DNA of 64,000 nucleotides from Carcharhinus amblyrhynchos (taxonomy: Eukaryota), in contig OZ336891.1 of assembly GCA_965287045.1 (NCBI GenBank), forward strand, positions 23,250,001-23,314,000, written 5' to 3'. This document shows, piece after piece, positions 1 to 11,549 of this stretch (within the stretch, counting starts at the first letter, position 1; each line of letters starts with the position of its first letter). The position numbers and the translations under genes were made by a program. Under the pieces are notes generated by a model, which made no database searches, was not told the origin of the DNA, and saw only the letters and a list, made by a program, of their open reading frames with translations.

Positions 1-170
1 ATTCTTCCCTCTATTCCACCATTTCCTTCTCTTTCCCACAATCACTGCAGCACACTTCACTCCTCCCTCTGTTCATATTCACAAACTCTGCATTTATTAT
101 TCCAACACACTTGGTACTCCCACAAGCTCCTGCAAGTCGGATGAACAAATCATGGCTGCGCTAGGAAATA

Positions 171-324
171 CGATGTGGAGATGCTGACGTTGGATTGGGG
201 TAAGCAGAGTAAGAAGTCTCACAACACCAGGTTAAAGTCCAACAAAGCACTCTGAAAGCTTGTGGCTTGTGCTACCAAATAAACCTGTTGGACTTTAACC
301 TGGTGTCGTGAGACATCTTACTGT
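171..324. mobile_element. Short Penelope-derived inverted-repeat element with target-site duplication
   Basis: Inverted arms gtaagaagtctcacaacaccaggttaaagtccaaca / tgttggactttaacctggtgtcgtgagacatcttac. Flanked by direct repeat gctaggaaata (160-170 and 325-335). Same family as 51781 and 60704. Confidence 0.85.
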
Positions 325-1802
325 GCTAGGAAATATTACAGAGACTTGCATTATGCAGTGCCAATGGGACAGCAAATGATCTGTTTAGTGAGGGAGGGAC
401 TGCTAATGGACAGCATGCAAGGCAGTGAGAATGTAAGCTTTGATTGAACGCTTTCTCAGAAAGCCTCTAATGTGTGCTTGTGCCTTGGTCCATCAAGAAT
501 CAGATGTAGCTGTTCCTCCTCAGATAGAGAATCTTGTCACATCCCTGATGTAGGAGTTTATCACAGTGTGAGAGATGTCATTGCTGTCGCATTCTACAGC
601 CTCAATCAATCCTATCACATGGAAATTCAGGATTACAGTAACCTTGACAGTTACAGGTAGCGCTGTCCTTGGTCTGATTTGCAATTGCAGTTCCAGTTCT
701 TATTGGTGCTAGCATGCACTTTGAGATGACCCTCCAGTGCCATAAGCCTGCTTTTTGTCCCCAGTGGGATGGTCCCTGGGCTCTAATTGACTGAAGCTCT
801 GAAAATGGCCATGGTGTGTCAGGACCTGGAACTGCCTGTCCCCAAACAACGAATAAAATTTTAGCCCCAAGGAAATTGCAATTTCAAAGATATTGAAGTA
901 AGTTCAATATTCCTGCAAAGCACAATTTACCCAACTGAGCACTCATTGCATTATTATAATTTTACAAGTCAAAGCTGTTACGGAGACCATTTTCTGCTGG
1001 CAGATGTTTAATCTTGCTGTAATTGTGAGTAAATTCAATTATTTACAATAAGGAAAAAGAGAGGTCACTGCATCTTTAAGAAATGCAAAGTTTTTTTTTA
1101 ATTAAGTGGGCCTGTTAAATTTAAATTGAGCTTGCAAAGATGGTACATCTTTTACTGTCATTATAAGTCTGCTTTTACCAGCTGGGATTCACATTAAAAA
1201 TGCAGACAGTGCACTGTTCTAAATGTTTCCAGTCTGGCGAGAGGTACTCAGTGTAAATTGAGAATGCCAGACTGACTTAATTCATCTTGAACTGTAAATC
1301 TTGTGTTCCTTGCCTGCATTAATGGGTCAGAAGGAGGTTATTGTCTGAATCTTGCAGGGTGCTTTCAGTTACAAAGGCAGCGGTGGGCAACATTATCTAA
1401 AAATAGCAATTTCTAATCAACAAATGCCACAAATTTAAGTGGCCAATTCAGCTTGAATGCAAAGCTCTGGATGTATTAAACTAAAGCAAGCTATTGGGGC
1501 AGAAATTGAAACCTGTACTAGACAGTCGTGAATTATAATTTCTGCTTTTGAATGGGTTAGCATCAACACAGATTACATGTTTATGATGATGGTAGCTAAC
1601 TCTCTTCCAGCTCAGTGCCAGTACAAGGAAAAGTCAGCTTCACATAGTAAGCGTTCTGTCCGACATAAACCCTGTGACAAATTCCTGTCAGTCAAATCCA
1701 ACTTCATGTATGACAATTTGAGATAATAGCATCAAACACTGTTTTCTACAGAGCTGCTGGCAAGGCATCAAAGCAGACAAATACGAGATTGCAATTTTTT
1801 TA

Positions 1803-2470
1803 AAGTTGCATTTATCCAATACCTTTCACAGTCTCTGGTTTTCCAAAGCATTTTGTGGCCCATGAAATACTTTTGAAGGCAAGTCGTAGCTGTATTGCTG
1901 GGGTCAAAGCAGTCAATTTGCACGCTGCAAAAAAGTCACAAAACCCATATGAGAATGACCAGATAATTTGCTTTTAGGGTGATATGGTGGCACAGTGGTT
2001 AGCACTGCTGCCTCACAGCGCCAGGGACCCAGACTCGATTCCCAGCTTGGGTCACCATCTATGTGGAGTCTGCATGTTCTCCCCAAACCCTATGAGTTTC
2101 CTCCGGGAGCTCCGGTTTTCTCCCACAGTCCAAAGATGTGCAGTTTGGGTGGATTGACCATTCAAAATTGCCCCTTACTGTCAGGGAGATTAGTAGGGTA
2201 AATACATGGGTTTATGGGACAAGGCCTGGTTGGAATTGTTGTTGGTGTAGACTCGATGGGCCAAATGGCTTCTCTCTGCACTGTAGGGATTCTATGATGT
2301 GGTTTGATGGATAAATATTGGACAGAATGCTAGTGAGAGCTCCTCTAGCTTTTCTTTGAATGTTGTGCCATGGGATCTTATGTTCACCTGAGAGGGCAGA
2401 TGTGAATTTGGTTTAATGCTTTGACAATGCAGCCCTTCTTTGGTACTGCACTGGAAAGTTAGCCTCGCTT
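1803..2470 (-). mobile_element. SacSINE1/DeuSINE-like SINE, interrupted by an HE1-like SINE
   Basis: ttgcatttat...gaccagataat | gataaatattgg...gccatgggatctt...cacctgagagggcaga aligns to the fuller copy at 28050-28498. Confidence 0.75.
1977..2298 (+). mobile_element. HE1-like tRNA-derived V-SINE, CR1-type tail (tail A)
   Basis: tRNA-like head tggcacagtggttagc...ctcgattccc, core gtttcctcc...tcccacagtccaaagatgtg, tail gcactgtagggattctatga. Confidence 0.92.
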
Positions 2471-2818
2471 TGGTGGTAAAAAGTAATGAAGTACAAAAGA
2501 AATATTCCTTTCCATGAAATGGTCACTTGAATATTGTTGATTCTCCATAGCTATGTAGAAAATTGGCATCATGGCGGTAGTTAGTTATGAAGATAAATTC
2601 TATCTTATAATGCTGACCAACCTACATATAGCAGGGATGAGCCAATCAAATCATAAACAGTAAGATTCAAACCATAGATTAGGGTGGGATTTTCCAGGCT
2701 TTTCCACTGACAGGATCTTCCAGTCGCTCTGTGACAGACCAGGCGAGCCAGGCAAAATGGTATAGATATCAGCGGGACTGGAATTACCTACCAACAACCT
2801 ATGGCGAGGCGCCTCCGC

Positions 2819-3029
2819 TGATAAGGTGATGAATCCTTGAGGGTTTTTTGGGCTGACGACCTGTACAATGTGAATGGTTCACCCAAACACACTAAAGGAG
2901 AATTTTCTCCTGAATATTAACTCAGAATTGAGCTGCAGCCCTGGCTCTACTCATGTGGAATGGTTTTTGAATCCTGCACAATCTGACTCAGAAAAAGAAG
3001 GAATGTGATCACCAAACCAAAGACTTATT
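2819..3029 (+). repeat. 211-bp direct repeat, copy 1
   Basis: Near-identical to 3726-3936 (tgataag...aaagacttatt). Confidence 0.92.
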
Positions 3030-3725
3030 CCGCCATGGGATGGGAAAGGGGGGAGCACATTACGTTTTAACTGGCACCATCCTGTTAAATTCAGTGTTAC
3101 AGTTCTCAGTTTTAATTATTTCAGTTTTTGTCTTGCAGTTTACAAAACCTTTCCTTGGCTTTTTGCGCTTGTCAGTAATGAAGATTATAGAGACTGTGGA
3201 GAGAGGAAGACCTCACTGAGGAATGCCTACAATAGAACCCACCAAGCATTTATATTAGTGGAAGGAAATAGAGAGAGCACAATTCTGACTCATATAATCG
3301 CCTTCAGTGATTTTCCCCTCTCCTGCCAGGAAATAGCATAGATCCAGGTAATAAAAAAAGACAATGATCTATCCCAGAGCGCTGTTATATCTAAAAACTG
3401 AGGTGAAGAGGAATTATTGCAGGGTAAATGTCCTCAAGACTTCATACTTTGGCAGCCTCATTTCCACAGGGTTTCCAATGAATCTCCGCCAAGGTTACAG
3501 CTAACAAGAAAGGCTCCAAGGGAATTCATCTTTACGCCTTGATTTACTTTGTCCTCCTCTTCCCTCCTTTCAAACATGAGGTTTTTCTGCTCCGTAGGCC
3601 ATAACCCCCTCAGCTTCGAGACTCACATTATTGCTGCATCAAATCTAGACTAGAAGGGTTCAAACAGTCCAACACGCCACAATGCAAGCATTCCTTCCAT
3701 GAGCTAGCATCATTTCTATGTCAGT

Positions 3726-3936
3726 TGATAAGATGATGAATCCTTGAGGGTTTTATGGGCTCATGACCTGTACAATGTGAATGGTTTACCCAAACCCACT
3801 AAAGGGAAGATTTTTCTTGAATATTAACTCAGAATTGAGCTGTAGCCCTGAATCTATTCATGTGGAATGGTTTTTGAATCCTGCACTATCTGACTCAGAA
3901 AAAGAAGGAGTGTGATCACCGAACCAAAGACTTATT
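3726..3936 (+). repeat. 211-bp direct repeat, copy 2
   Basis: Near-identical to 2819-3029. Confidence 0.92.
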
Positions 3937-4511
3937 AGAACAAAAACCTGGATTTATGTGATGCCTTTCATGACCCCAGATCATCCCTAAAACCCTTCCC
4001 AGCCAACAAAATGCTGTAATTTGGGAAACTAATTACAATTAATAGAGAACCATTACAGATATTGAAATTAAATAATTAACACTGTTTCGGGTTAAAGTGA
4101 CAAAGCACCAGCTCATCTGTATAATTTTCAGATTCAAAGGGTAGGATTCTCCCATCCTGACAGCGGTGGGTTTGGCGGTAGGCAGAAGCGGTGAATCTGG
4201 CGGGAATGGAAAATGTTCATTTAAACAACTGCTCACCAGAACCTCAGTCTTTCCAATCTTGCATCACAGCAGCGGGAAATGACGTCAGCCTCAAACCCGT
4301 TTGAAAAAATGTGATGTTCTCAAGTCGGATCTCAGTCCATTTGAGATTGAAGTGAGTGCAACATACAAAACCTACCGGCCACATTGTTGCACCACTCCTG
4401 TTGCATTAAATACCACTCTGCTGGGGCAGACTGGTTTATACTCTCCAGCTCCATGCTGAGCTGATTTCATGGATGGCACTATGCTGCTGGATTTATGAAC
4501 CTTACCCTTTC

Positions 4512-4808
4512 AAAGTTTAAATAAAGTTTTAAAGTTTATTTATTAGTCACAAGTAAGGCTTACATTAACACTGCAATGAAGGTACTGTAAAATTCCCCTA
4601 GTTGCCACACTTTGGTGCCTGTTCAGATCAATGCATCTAACCAGCGCGTCTTTCAGACTATGACAGTAAACTGGAGCAACTGGAGGAAACTCACACAGAC
4701 ACGGAGAACATGCAAGCTCCATACAAGCAGTGACCCAAGACAGGAATCAAACCCGGTCACTGGCGCTGTGAGGCAACAGTGCTAACCACTGTGCCACCGT
4801 GCTGTCCC
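4512..4808 (-). mobile_element. HE1-like SINE, alternative tail (tail B)
   Basis: Reverse-strand HE1 head and core. Tail reads aaagtttatttattagtcacaagtaaggcttacattaacactgcaatgaag on the + strand. Confidence 0.9.
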
Positions 4809-4837
4809 ATCGACTCAGATCAGTAATGTGTCCATTG

Positions 4838-4966
4838 TCGGAAACTTTACCATCTCACCTGCCCAAGGCTCGTAAGATCCCGCCCGGGACCAATGGCGAA
4901 TGCCATTCAGCAAACCGTGCCCGCCCTGGAATTGGGGCAGGCATGCGTGCCGGTAAAATTCCAGCC
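4838..4966. mobile_element. Small Harbinger-type MITE
   Basis: Imperfect terminal inverted repeats (TIRs) gtcggaaactttacc / ggtaaaattccagcc with a GC-rich interior. Confidence 0.55.
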
Positions 4967-5118
4967 TGTATTAGGAATGTGTTAACAGCTAGCTTCCGCT
5001 TTAGACCTAGTTTGTATGTGAATTGTTTAATAGAAGTCACCAGGATATATAAAGGGATTACAGGTGGCACTGGATGTTGGGTATGTATGCACAGTTGAAT
5101 CAGAAAATAAAGGGAGTT

Positions 5119-6044
5119 AAGAACATAAGAACATAAGAAATAGGAGCAGGAGTAGGCCACCTAGCCCTTCGAGCCTGCCCCGCCATTCAATAAGATCATG
5201 GCTGATCTGTCGTGGCTCAGTTCCACATTCCCACCCTCTCCCCATAACCCTTAATCCCCTCGCTTATCAAAAACCCATCAACCCGCGTCTTAAAAATATT
5301 TAGCGAGGCAGCCTCCACCACCTCAACAGGCAGAGAATTCCAGAGATTCACCACCCTTTGAGTGAAGAAGTTCCTCCTCAACTCCGTTCTAAACCGCTCC
5401 CCCTTTATCTTGAGGCTATGCCCCCTAATCCTACTGTCCTTTCTGAGCGGGAAGAGTCTCTCCACCTCTATCCTATCCATCCCATTCATCATCTTATATG
5501 TCTCAATGAGATCTCCCCTCATTCTTCTAAACTCTAACGAGTACAAGCCTAGTTTATTCAACCTCTCCTCATAGCTCAACCCCCTCAACTCCGGCATCAG
5601 CCTAGTAAACCTCCTCTGCACTCCCTCCAGGGCCAAAATATCCTTGCGTAAGTGCGGCGACCAAAACTGCACACAGTACTCCAGCTGCGGCCTCACCAAT
5701 GCCCTATACAGCTGCAGCAAGACCTCCCTACTTTTATATTCATTCCCCCTCGCTATGAAGGCCAGCATCCCTTTAGCCTTCCTGACCACCTGCTGCACCT
5801 GAAGGCTGGGTTTTTGCGACTCATGCACAAGGACCCCGAGGTCCCTCTGCACCGTCGCCTGCTGCAGTTTTTCGCCACGTAAGTAATAGTCCTTCCTACC
5901 ATTATTCCTACCAAAGTGGACCACCTCACACTTGCCAACATTAAATTCCATTTGCCAGTTCCTGGCCCATTTGCCCAACCTATCTAGATCCTTCTGCAGA
6001 CTCTCCACACCCTCCGCGCAATTTGCCGTTCCACCAATCTTGGT
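5119..6044 (-). mobile_element. Young 5'-truncated CR1 LINE (3' end of ORF2 plus 3' UTR)
   Basis: Uninterrupted CR1 ORF2 C-terminus, 3' UTR and (TTCTTATG)n-type tail (aagaacataagaacataag on +). Confidence 0.95.
5217..6044 (-). pseudogene. CR1 ORF2 reverse transcriptase C-terminal fragment (open frame)
   Basis: TKIGG...LQKDLDRLGKWARNWQMEFNVGKC...YRALVRPQLEYCVQFWSP...RGDLIETYK...RGHSLK...FFTQRVVNLWNSLP. Confidence 0.93.
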
Positions 6045-6103
6045 TCATGAAGAAGCAAGACTTGCATTTCCTTCACTGGACAGCAATGGAGAAGCTCAAA
6101 CAT

Positions 6104-6121
6104 TGGTAGCAGAGAATGGTT
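6104..6121 (+). promoter_or_regulatory. Primer-binding site complementary to initiator tRNA-Met
   Basis: tggtagcagagaatggtt matches 17/18 of TGGTAGCAGAGGATGGTT (reverse complement of the vertebrate tRNA-iMet 3' end). It starts 1 nt after the LTR CA. Confidence 0.88.
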
Positions 6122-6238
6122 CCTGGTTCCAAGTAAAGGGCTGCAAGTTATGACTTTTTCAAAAAACAAAACATTCAGCATTTCCAATCAATGAAGGAGT
6201 GAATGGGAGAGAACAAAATGACTGAACGCAGTGTAAAA

Positions 6239-6397
6239 GTGTCAGGAAATGACTATCCACTTTATTCTCAGATACTGATCCTTATGACCAATGGAGAAGT
6301 GAACTAAGATTTGGGAAGAATAAAACAAGGAATGGCCTTGGCTCTTTCTTCACCATATAGAAGTAAAATCAGATGCAAAACAATTTCTGAAATGGAG
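6239..6397 (+). pseudogene. Frameshifted gag N-terminal remnant (Copia-like)
   Basis: Pieces SGNDYP / LFSDTDPYDQWRSEL / KQGMALALSSPYRSKIRCKTISEME resemble the gag start of aquatic-animal Copia-like elements as I recall them. Confidence 0.6.
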
Positions 6398-6897
6398 ATG
6401 TGTATGTGGAGTTGAATCAGAAAATAAAGGGAGTTTATGAAGAAGCAAGACTTGTGTTTCCTTTATTGGACTGCAACTGAGAGGCTCAAACAGACTGCAG
6501 TGGTATTTTGCACCTCGTGCCTAAACTATTGCCTGTCTGTACAGCGCTGTGCCGTGGGGTACATGCAGACTCCACTCCAATGGATCAAATGCTGACCAGG
6601 GGTATGGTGTGGGGTGAAGATAGGACTGATGAAGATAGGAGGACACAATGAGGAAAGTGGGCTGTGCCATTGCAGGCACAACAGTGGCGAAGAGCAAACA
6701 CAAGTGGAAGAAACCTCCGACCTTGACTGTGGCTGGGATCCTCCAGTGCTGCTGAAGTGAATGGAGCTTTGGCTGGAGTGCCAAATTCTCCATTCTGGCT
6801 GGCAGCCGGGCGGGCATGGACAAGATCTGAGAGTCCCACCCAAGAGTGGTAAATGTGGAATGAAGGGCAGAGGGGGAAGGCCAAGAGCTCAAGCTAG

Positions 6898-7215
6898 TAG
6901 AATCATAGAATCCTACAGCAAAGAAGGAGGCCATTTGGCCCACCAAGTCTGCACCAACCACAAACCCACCTAGGTCCTATCCCTATAACCTCCATGCATT
7001 TACCCTAACTAGTCCTCCTGACACAAGTGGCAATTTAACATGGCTAATCCATCTAACCCACACATCTTTGGGCTGTGGGAGGAAACCGGAACACCTGGAG
7101 GAAGCCCACGCAGACACAGTGAGAATATCTGTGTGGAGTTTGCACCATGCTGGAAAACGAACCCAGGATCCCTGGTGCTGTGAGGCAACAGTACTAGCCA
7201 CTGTGCCACTGTGCC
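6898..7215 (-). mobile_element. HE1-like SINE, tail A
   Basis: tagaatcatagaatcctacagc...ctagccactgtgccac. Confidence 0.9.
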
Positions 7216-7479
7216 AGCGGCAGGCAGAGGAGCAAGGACGTCAATGAGACTGACAAAAAATGGAAGGCACAGGGAAAAGCAATGACTGGGAAGCTGGAGC
7301 CTGACAAGGCTGCATGAAATACTGACAAATAAGGGGGTGAAAGGGAGATGGGGATGCATGCAAACACCAAAATGTTGGGCGGAGGCTTCTTAGTGTAGTA
7401 CACTGGGGATAATTCACACTAGCACTCAAAAATCAGTGAAGGTCACTGTTACCCTTAGCCTTCTTTGAAAACAGGAACT

Positions 7480-9122
7480 ATGGACAGAATTTTGCATTAT
7501 TTACACAGAGTACAGGCTGCATTGAGAAAAGCCGGTTGTGCAGGCCAGGGAATCCTGGCCTAAGTGTCTCTTGCCCAGGTGTTACAACACCCCTGTGGCT
7601 TGCTCTGCTGCAGTGAGTGTGGGCACAGGCAGAGGGGTCTCTGAGCGGCTGAACATCCTTGGAGTGTCCTGATTGGGAGGCCCCCTGGTGTCCAGCTGAT
7701 GGTCCGTCCTTCCTATGAATGCCAGAGGGTCCGAGCCTGAATCCTCCAGGAGATGGGGCAGCTGGAGAGCGGTCAAGGTGCCTTGTCCCCATGTTGTCTA
7801 CATCCTGATAGTGCCCAGATGGTTTGTGGACATGGAGTGCAGGACTGAGAGCAAATCCGGTAAGACCTGCTGGACAAAGGTCGCCATGATGGTCACCAAC
7901 CTTTGCATAGTGGCCTCAAGGTGCTGGTGCGTCGGGGCCCAGGATCAGACAGAGTATGGATGGACGCCTCTATCATTCGCTCCAGTCTACAGAGCGACTA
8001 TCAAATCCCTTCCTTATATTTTGCTGCTGCCTCTCCACCAGTGATCAGGCATGCTTCTCAGCTGAATAGATGGGTTTAATCTGCAATAAGTAAATTACAG
8101 TTACAGTGGACAAACTGAAGCTAATTCAGAGTGCATTTGACTCATTTTGATTGAAGAAATGGAGTTGAGATCTGTACTAGATTATTGGGAGAGGCCAAGT
8201 TCTCCACAGCCACAGGAGTGATCGTTGCCCACCCAGCAAGACTGGCTGCAACCTCCTCTAACTCCATGAGAGCAATGATCCCTGCCGTCCCTCCCACTGG
8301 TCTGGGCTTATTCACTTAGTTGTGTGCCAGTAAGAAGACATAAGAAAGGCATGTGATCAGGAGAGATGGAGCAGAAGTTGGGTGAAATGTATGTCCCCCT
8401 GAGTGGTGAGCATTACCCTGCAGGGCCATAGGATGTAGCGTGAGCAACATGACAGATGGGCTGGTGGTGATACGAAGGTGTCCGTGAGAGAATGTGCTGA
8501 ATGTGTGAGTCCCACAAACAGAGTAAAGCGCTTGAATACATGATGCCCTGCTGAGAGTTTGAGAGGAGATTGAGAGAGGATTTGCCCTGGTAGAGTGGAT
8601 AGGATCATTCATCTCACTTTCTGTGCTACGTGGCGCATCTGGTGTGGTTGCCAGCTATGCTGACCTCCCAGGCTGGAGAAGTGAGGTTGCTATGCTTTCA
8701 TGATCCATCCCTGGGATAGAGGACATACCTCTGCACCTGGACTTCTTGAATCAAGACCTCGAGGGCTAGCAACACCCAGAAGAAAGCTGCACCCCTTTCA
8801 GCTTTCTTCTGGAGGTTGATGGCCTTTTGCCTCTGGGTTGCTGACATCTTACATGGCCACGTGAAGACAGGTGATCTGGCAGGAGTGATATGTGTGTTGC
8901 ACTGGTGTCTAAAGTATGGTGCTTAGACCTTTGGGCCCATCAGCTGATGGCAGGCAGATGTATCACCCTCCAGGTGATTCAGACAGATATCTGATTGTGT
9001 GAAGTTAATGAGATTCCAAACACTCAACTGGGTGTGACTTCATGCCGTTCCAGCAACACCCCCCCCCCCAACCCGGAACTGCCTGCCACTGCAATTAGAA
9101 ACAAAAATGGAAAATTCCACCC
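7480..9122 (-). mobile_element. Degraded Harbinger transposon remnant with Myb/SANT-like gene fragments
   Basis: Minus-strand pieces LEVLIQEV...LYPRDG...PAWE...MNDPIHSTR (8590-8790) and LAHN...ALMELEEVAA (8200-8335). TIR-like ggaaaattccaccc at ~9109-9122. Confidence 0.65.
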
Positions 9123-9987
9123 AAACAAGCAGTTTGACTGCTGAGACCATCCTTTTCAGACAGTATTGCACAGAATGTGCAGAACACAGAACATTTGGCT
9201 GAACTGTTTGTGCTGGCGTTTATGCTCCACACAAACCTCTTCTGCTCTTATGCCAACCAATTCCATCTGCAGGATCCTCTCTCCCTTTCCCTTACATGTA
9301 TTTATCTGGTTTTTCCGACAGTGATATGCTGCCACTCACCCCAACCCATCTCTTTTAAAATCGGAGCTGGGAGTGCTTGGATTTAGCATTTTAAACACAT
9401 TTTTGTTTCCACCCCACCTGTCCTTGGAGGAATGAAATCTCCTCTAAACAATTTTGATGATGGAAGTGATTCAAATATGGCTTACACCTGTTCATATAAA
9501 ACCCAGACACATTATTCATTTCTGCAGTGTAATCCTGACTGAGTAATAACCATGTTGTGTATAGGACAATGCGAGCACACAATTCTCCTAGCTGAGTGAC
9601 GCATGAATCTCAGTTACCAGAACTCCCACTTGTTGATGCAGAGCTGCTCGGAATTCCCTCTAATTCTGTCACACTCAGTTTAAAAAGATGACAAGTGGTT
9701 TGCACAGAACTTTATTTCTAATAATTCAAGAAGTGTACGCAGCTTCTGAAGAAAATGCTCCAGACCCGAGGTGGGGGATGTTTGGAGGAGGAAATCTTTT
9801 TTTTAGCTTCCTGTTGTAAAAAGATTTTCTGATATTTCCAGATTCCACGCAGCTAATGGACAGATATCAATGGTGGAGTTAGCTGAAACTGGAGTGGATG
9901 GCGGGGTTAGTGTGGGGGCGGGGCAGGGGGGTGCGGTGGGGAGGATAGTGGTGGTGGTTGCCATCGGTGGTGCCATTAGATGGATGG

Positions 9988-10230
9988 AAGAGATCCCATG
10001 GCATCATTTTGAACATCAGGAAAGTTATCCCTGGTATCTTGGCCAGTATTTATCCCTTAATCAACATCACAAAAACTGATCATCTGTTCATTATCAGAGT
10101 GTTGCTTATGGAATTGAACTGTGCACAAATTGGCTGCTGTGTTTTCCACATGATCACATTTCAAAATTGACTGTAAAACACTGTACATCTGAAGTAGGCA
10201 TTCTATTTTAATGCAAAATCTGTCTTCTTT
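9988..10230 (+). mobile_element. SacSINE1/DeuSINE-like 3' portion
   Basis: agatcccatggca...cttggccagtatttatccct...caaattggctgctg...aatgcaa is the reverse complement of the 28050 copy. Confidence 0.7.
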
Positions 10231-10285
10231 CCCTTGTTTAACATTTCCCCGTAGTTGTCTTTTACTTCCTTATTTCCCATTCCTT

Positions 10286-10590
10286 TAGGATCCCCACTGT
10301 GCAGAAGGAAGCCATTCAGCCCATCAAGTCTGCTCCAGCCACAACCCCACCCATGGCCCTGTTCCCTTAACCCCAAATATTTACCCTGCTACTGGGATAA
10401 ATATAGCACGGCCAATCAATCTAACCCGCACATCTTTGGACTGTGGGAGGACACAGGAGCATCTGGAGGAAACCCACACAGACACAGGGAGAATGCACAG
10501 ACTCTGCACAGACAGTGATCCAGGGCCGGAATCGAACCCGGGTCCCTGGCACTGAGAGGCAGCAGAGCTAACCACTGCGCCACTCTGCTG
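10286..10590 (-). mobile_element. HE1-like SINE, tail A
   Basis: Reverse-strand head ggaatcgaacccgggtccctggcactgagaggcagc plus core. Confidence 0.9.
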
Positions 10591-10612
10591 GTGCAGAGAA
10601 GAGAATGTGACG

Positions 10613-10712
10613 AAATGTGGTTGAATCTCAACTGCCCTTGGGCAACGAGGGATGGGCAATAAATGCTAGTGGCCTATTGATACCTACGTCCCACAAATGA
10701 ATTTTAAAAAAA
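10613..10712 (+). mobile_element. 3' fragment of a second tRNA-derived SINE family (family 2)
   Basis: aatgtggttgaatctcaactgccc...gggatgggcaataaatgct...cccacaaatgaatt-A-rich tail. Confidence 0.8.
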
Positions 10713-11549
10713 TCACAAAATATGAATTTAAAAAATGGAATGGTTGATATCAACCCATTATTTGCAATAAAACAGCTGGCTAACCACTTTCTTGCATGCC
10801 TATCTGTAAAATTAAAGATCTTGAGGCAAACGCTTACACGCGGCTAGTGTGTCAAATCTATGACAGAAGAGAAACAATCAAGCATCACACCACTGTCTGA
10901 AATAAATAAGGCAAGCATACTGATTTATTGAATAATGCCTCATGAATAACATCACAGAAAAGTAATAAAGGATTGTTTATCAGTCAGCCGCATCACTGAG
11001 TTTACTTTTCCTCTGCGACCATTTTTATTGCTGACTCAGTTAAATAGAGAAGTATTGAAATTGCCACCTACAATTTCCAGCCAAACTCTCAGAGAAACAA
11101 TGTAAACAGCTTCAAATGAACACGTACATTTCTCAGAGTTTCCTCAATAATGCCAATGTGACAGCGGGAGATTTGGAGAACTCCACAGAAATTCCCCCCA
11201 GACATCTACAAACTGAGAAACAATTGCCTTATTTAATGCCCCTTATGTCATCTGGAGTATTTCACATCCTACACTCTTTGCCCCCTCACCCTTCCAAAGT
11301 CTTGGGTTAAGGACCCATGATGTACCTTATCTTCTTTGTTAATGTGGCCGATTCTAGAGGTGGTTCTCTTGTACTAGATTTATTTCTATGGTTTATTTTT
11401 CATTACCTAATTGTTTCCTCCTCTTAGCTTGTCGTACACCAGGTGTACTTTTTTTTGCAATTCTAATGATGTAACGACAGATAGATTGAGACGGCCTGAC
11501 ATGTGCATGACATCACAGAAAATTTGTTTTTTAATGGTACCTTTACCAA

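Larger units (their letters stand above)
4967..6492 (+). mobile_element. Internally deleted LTR retrotransposon (Copia-like): 5' LTR split by CR1, PBS, gag remnant, partial 3' LTR
   Basis: LTR has tatataaa and aataaa and ends ...ctcaaaCA at 6102. PBS at 6104-6121. The ~100-bp LTR 3' part is repeated at ~6398-6492, also ending ctcaaaCA. The 5' boundary is uncertain. Confidence 0.8.

Noticed and set aside
2819-3936. TRIM or LTR pair
   Set aside because: The repeats start with TG but do not end in CA, and no PBS, PPT or TSD is visible.
4812-4966. TSD for the Copia-like element (gactc versus gactg)
   Set aside because: The match is imperfect and not followed by a TG LTR start.
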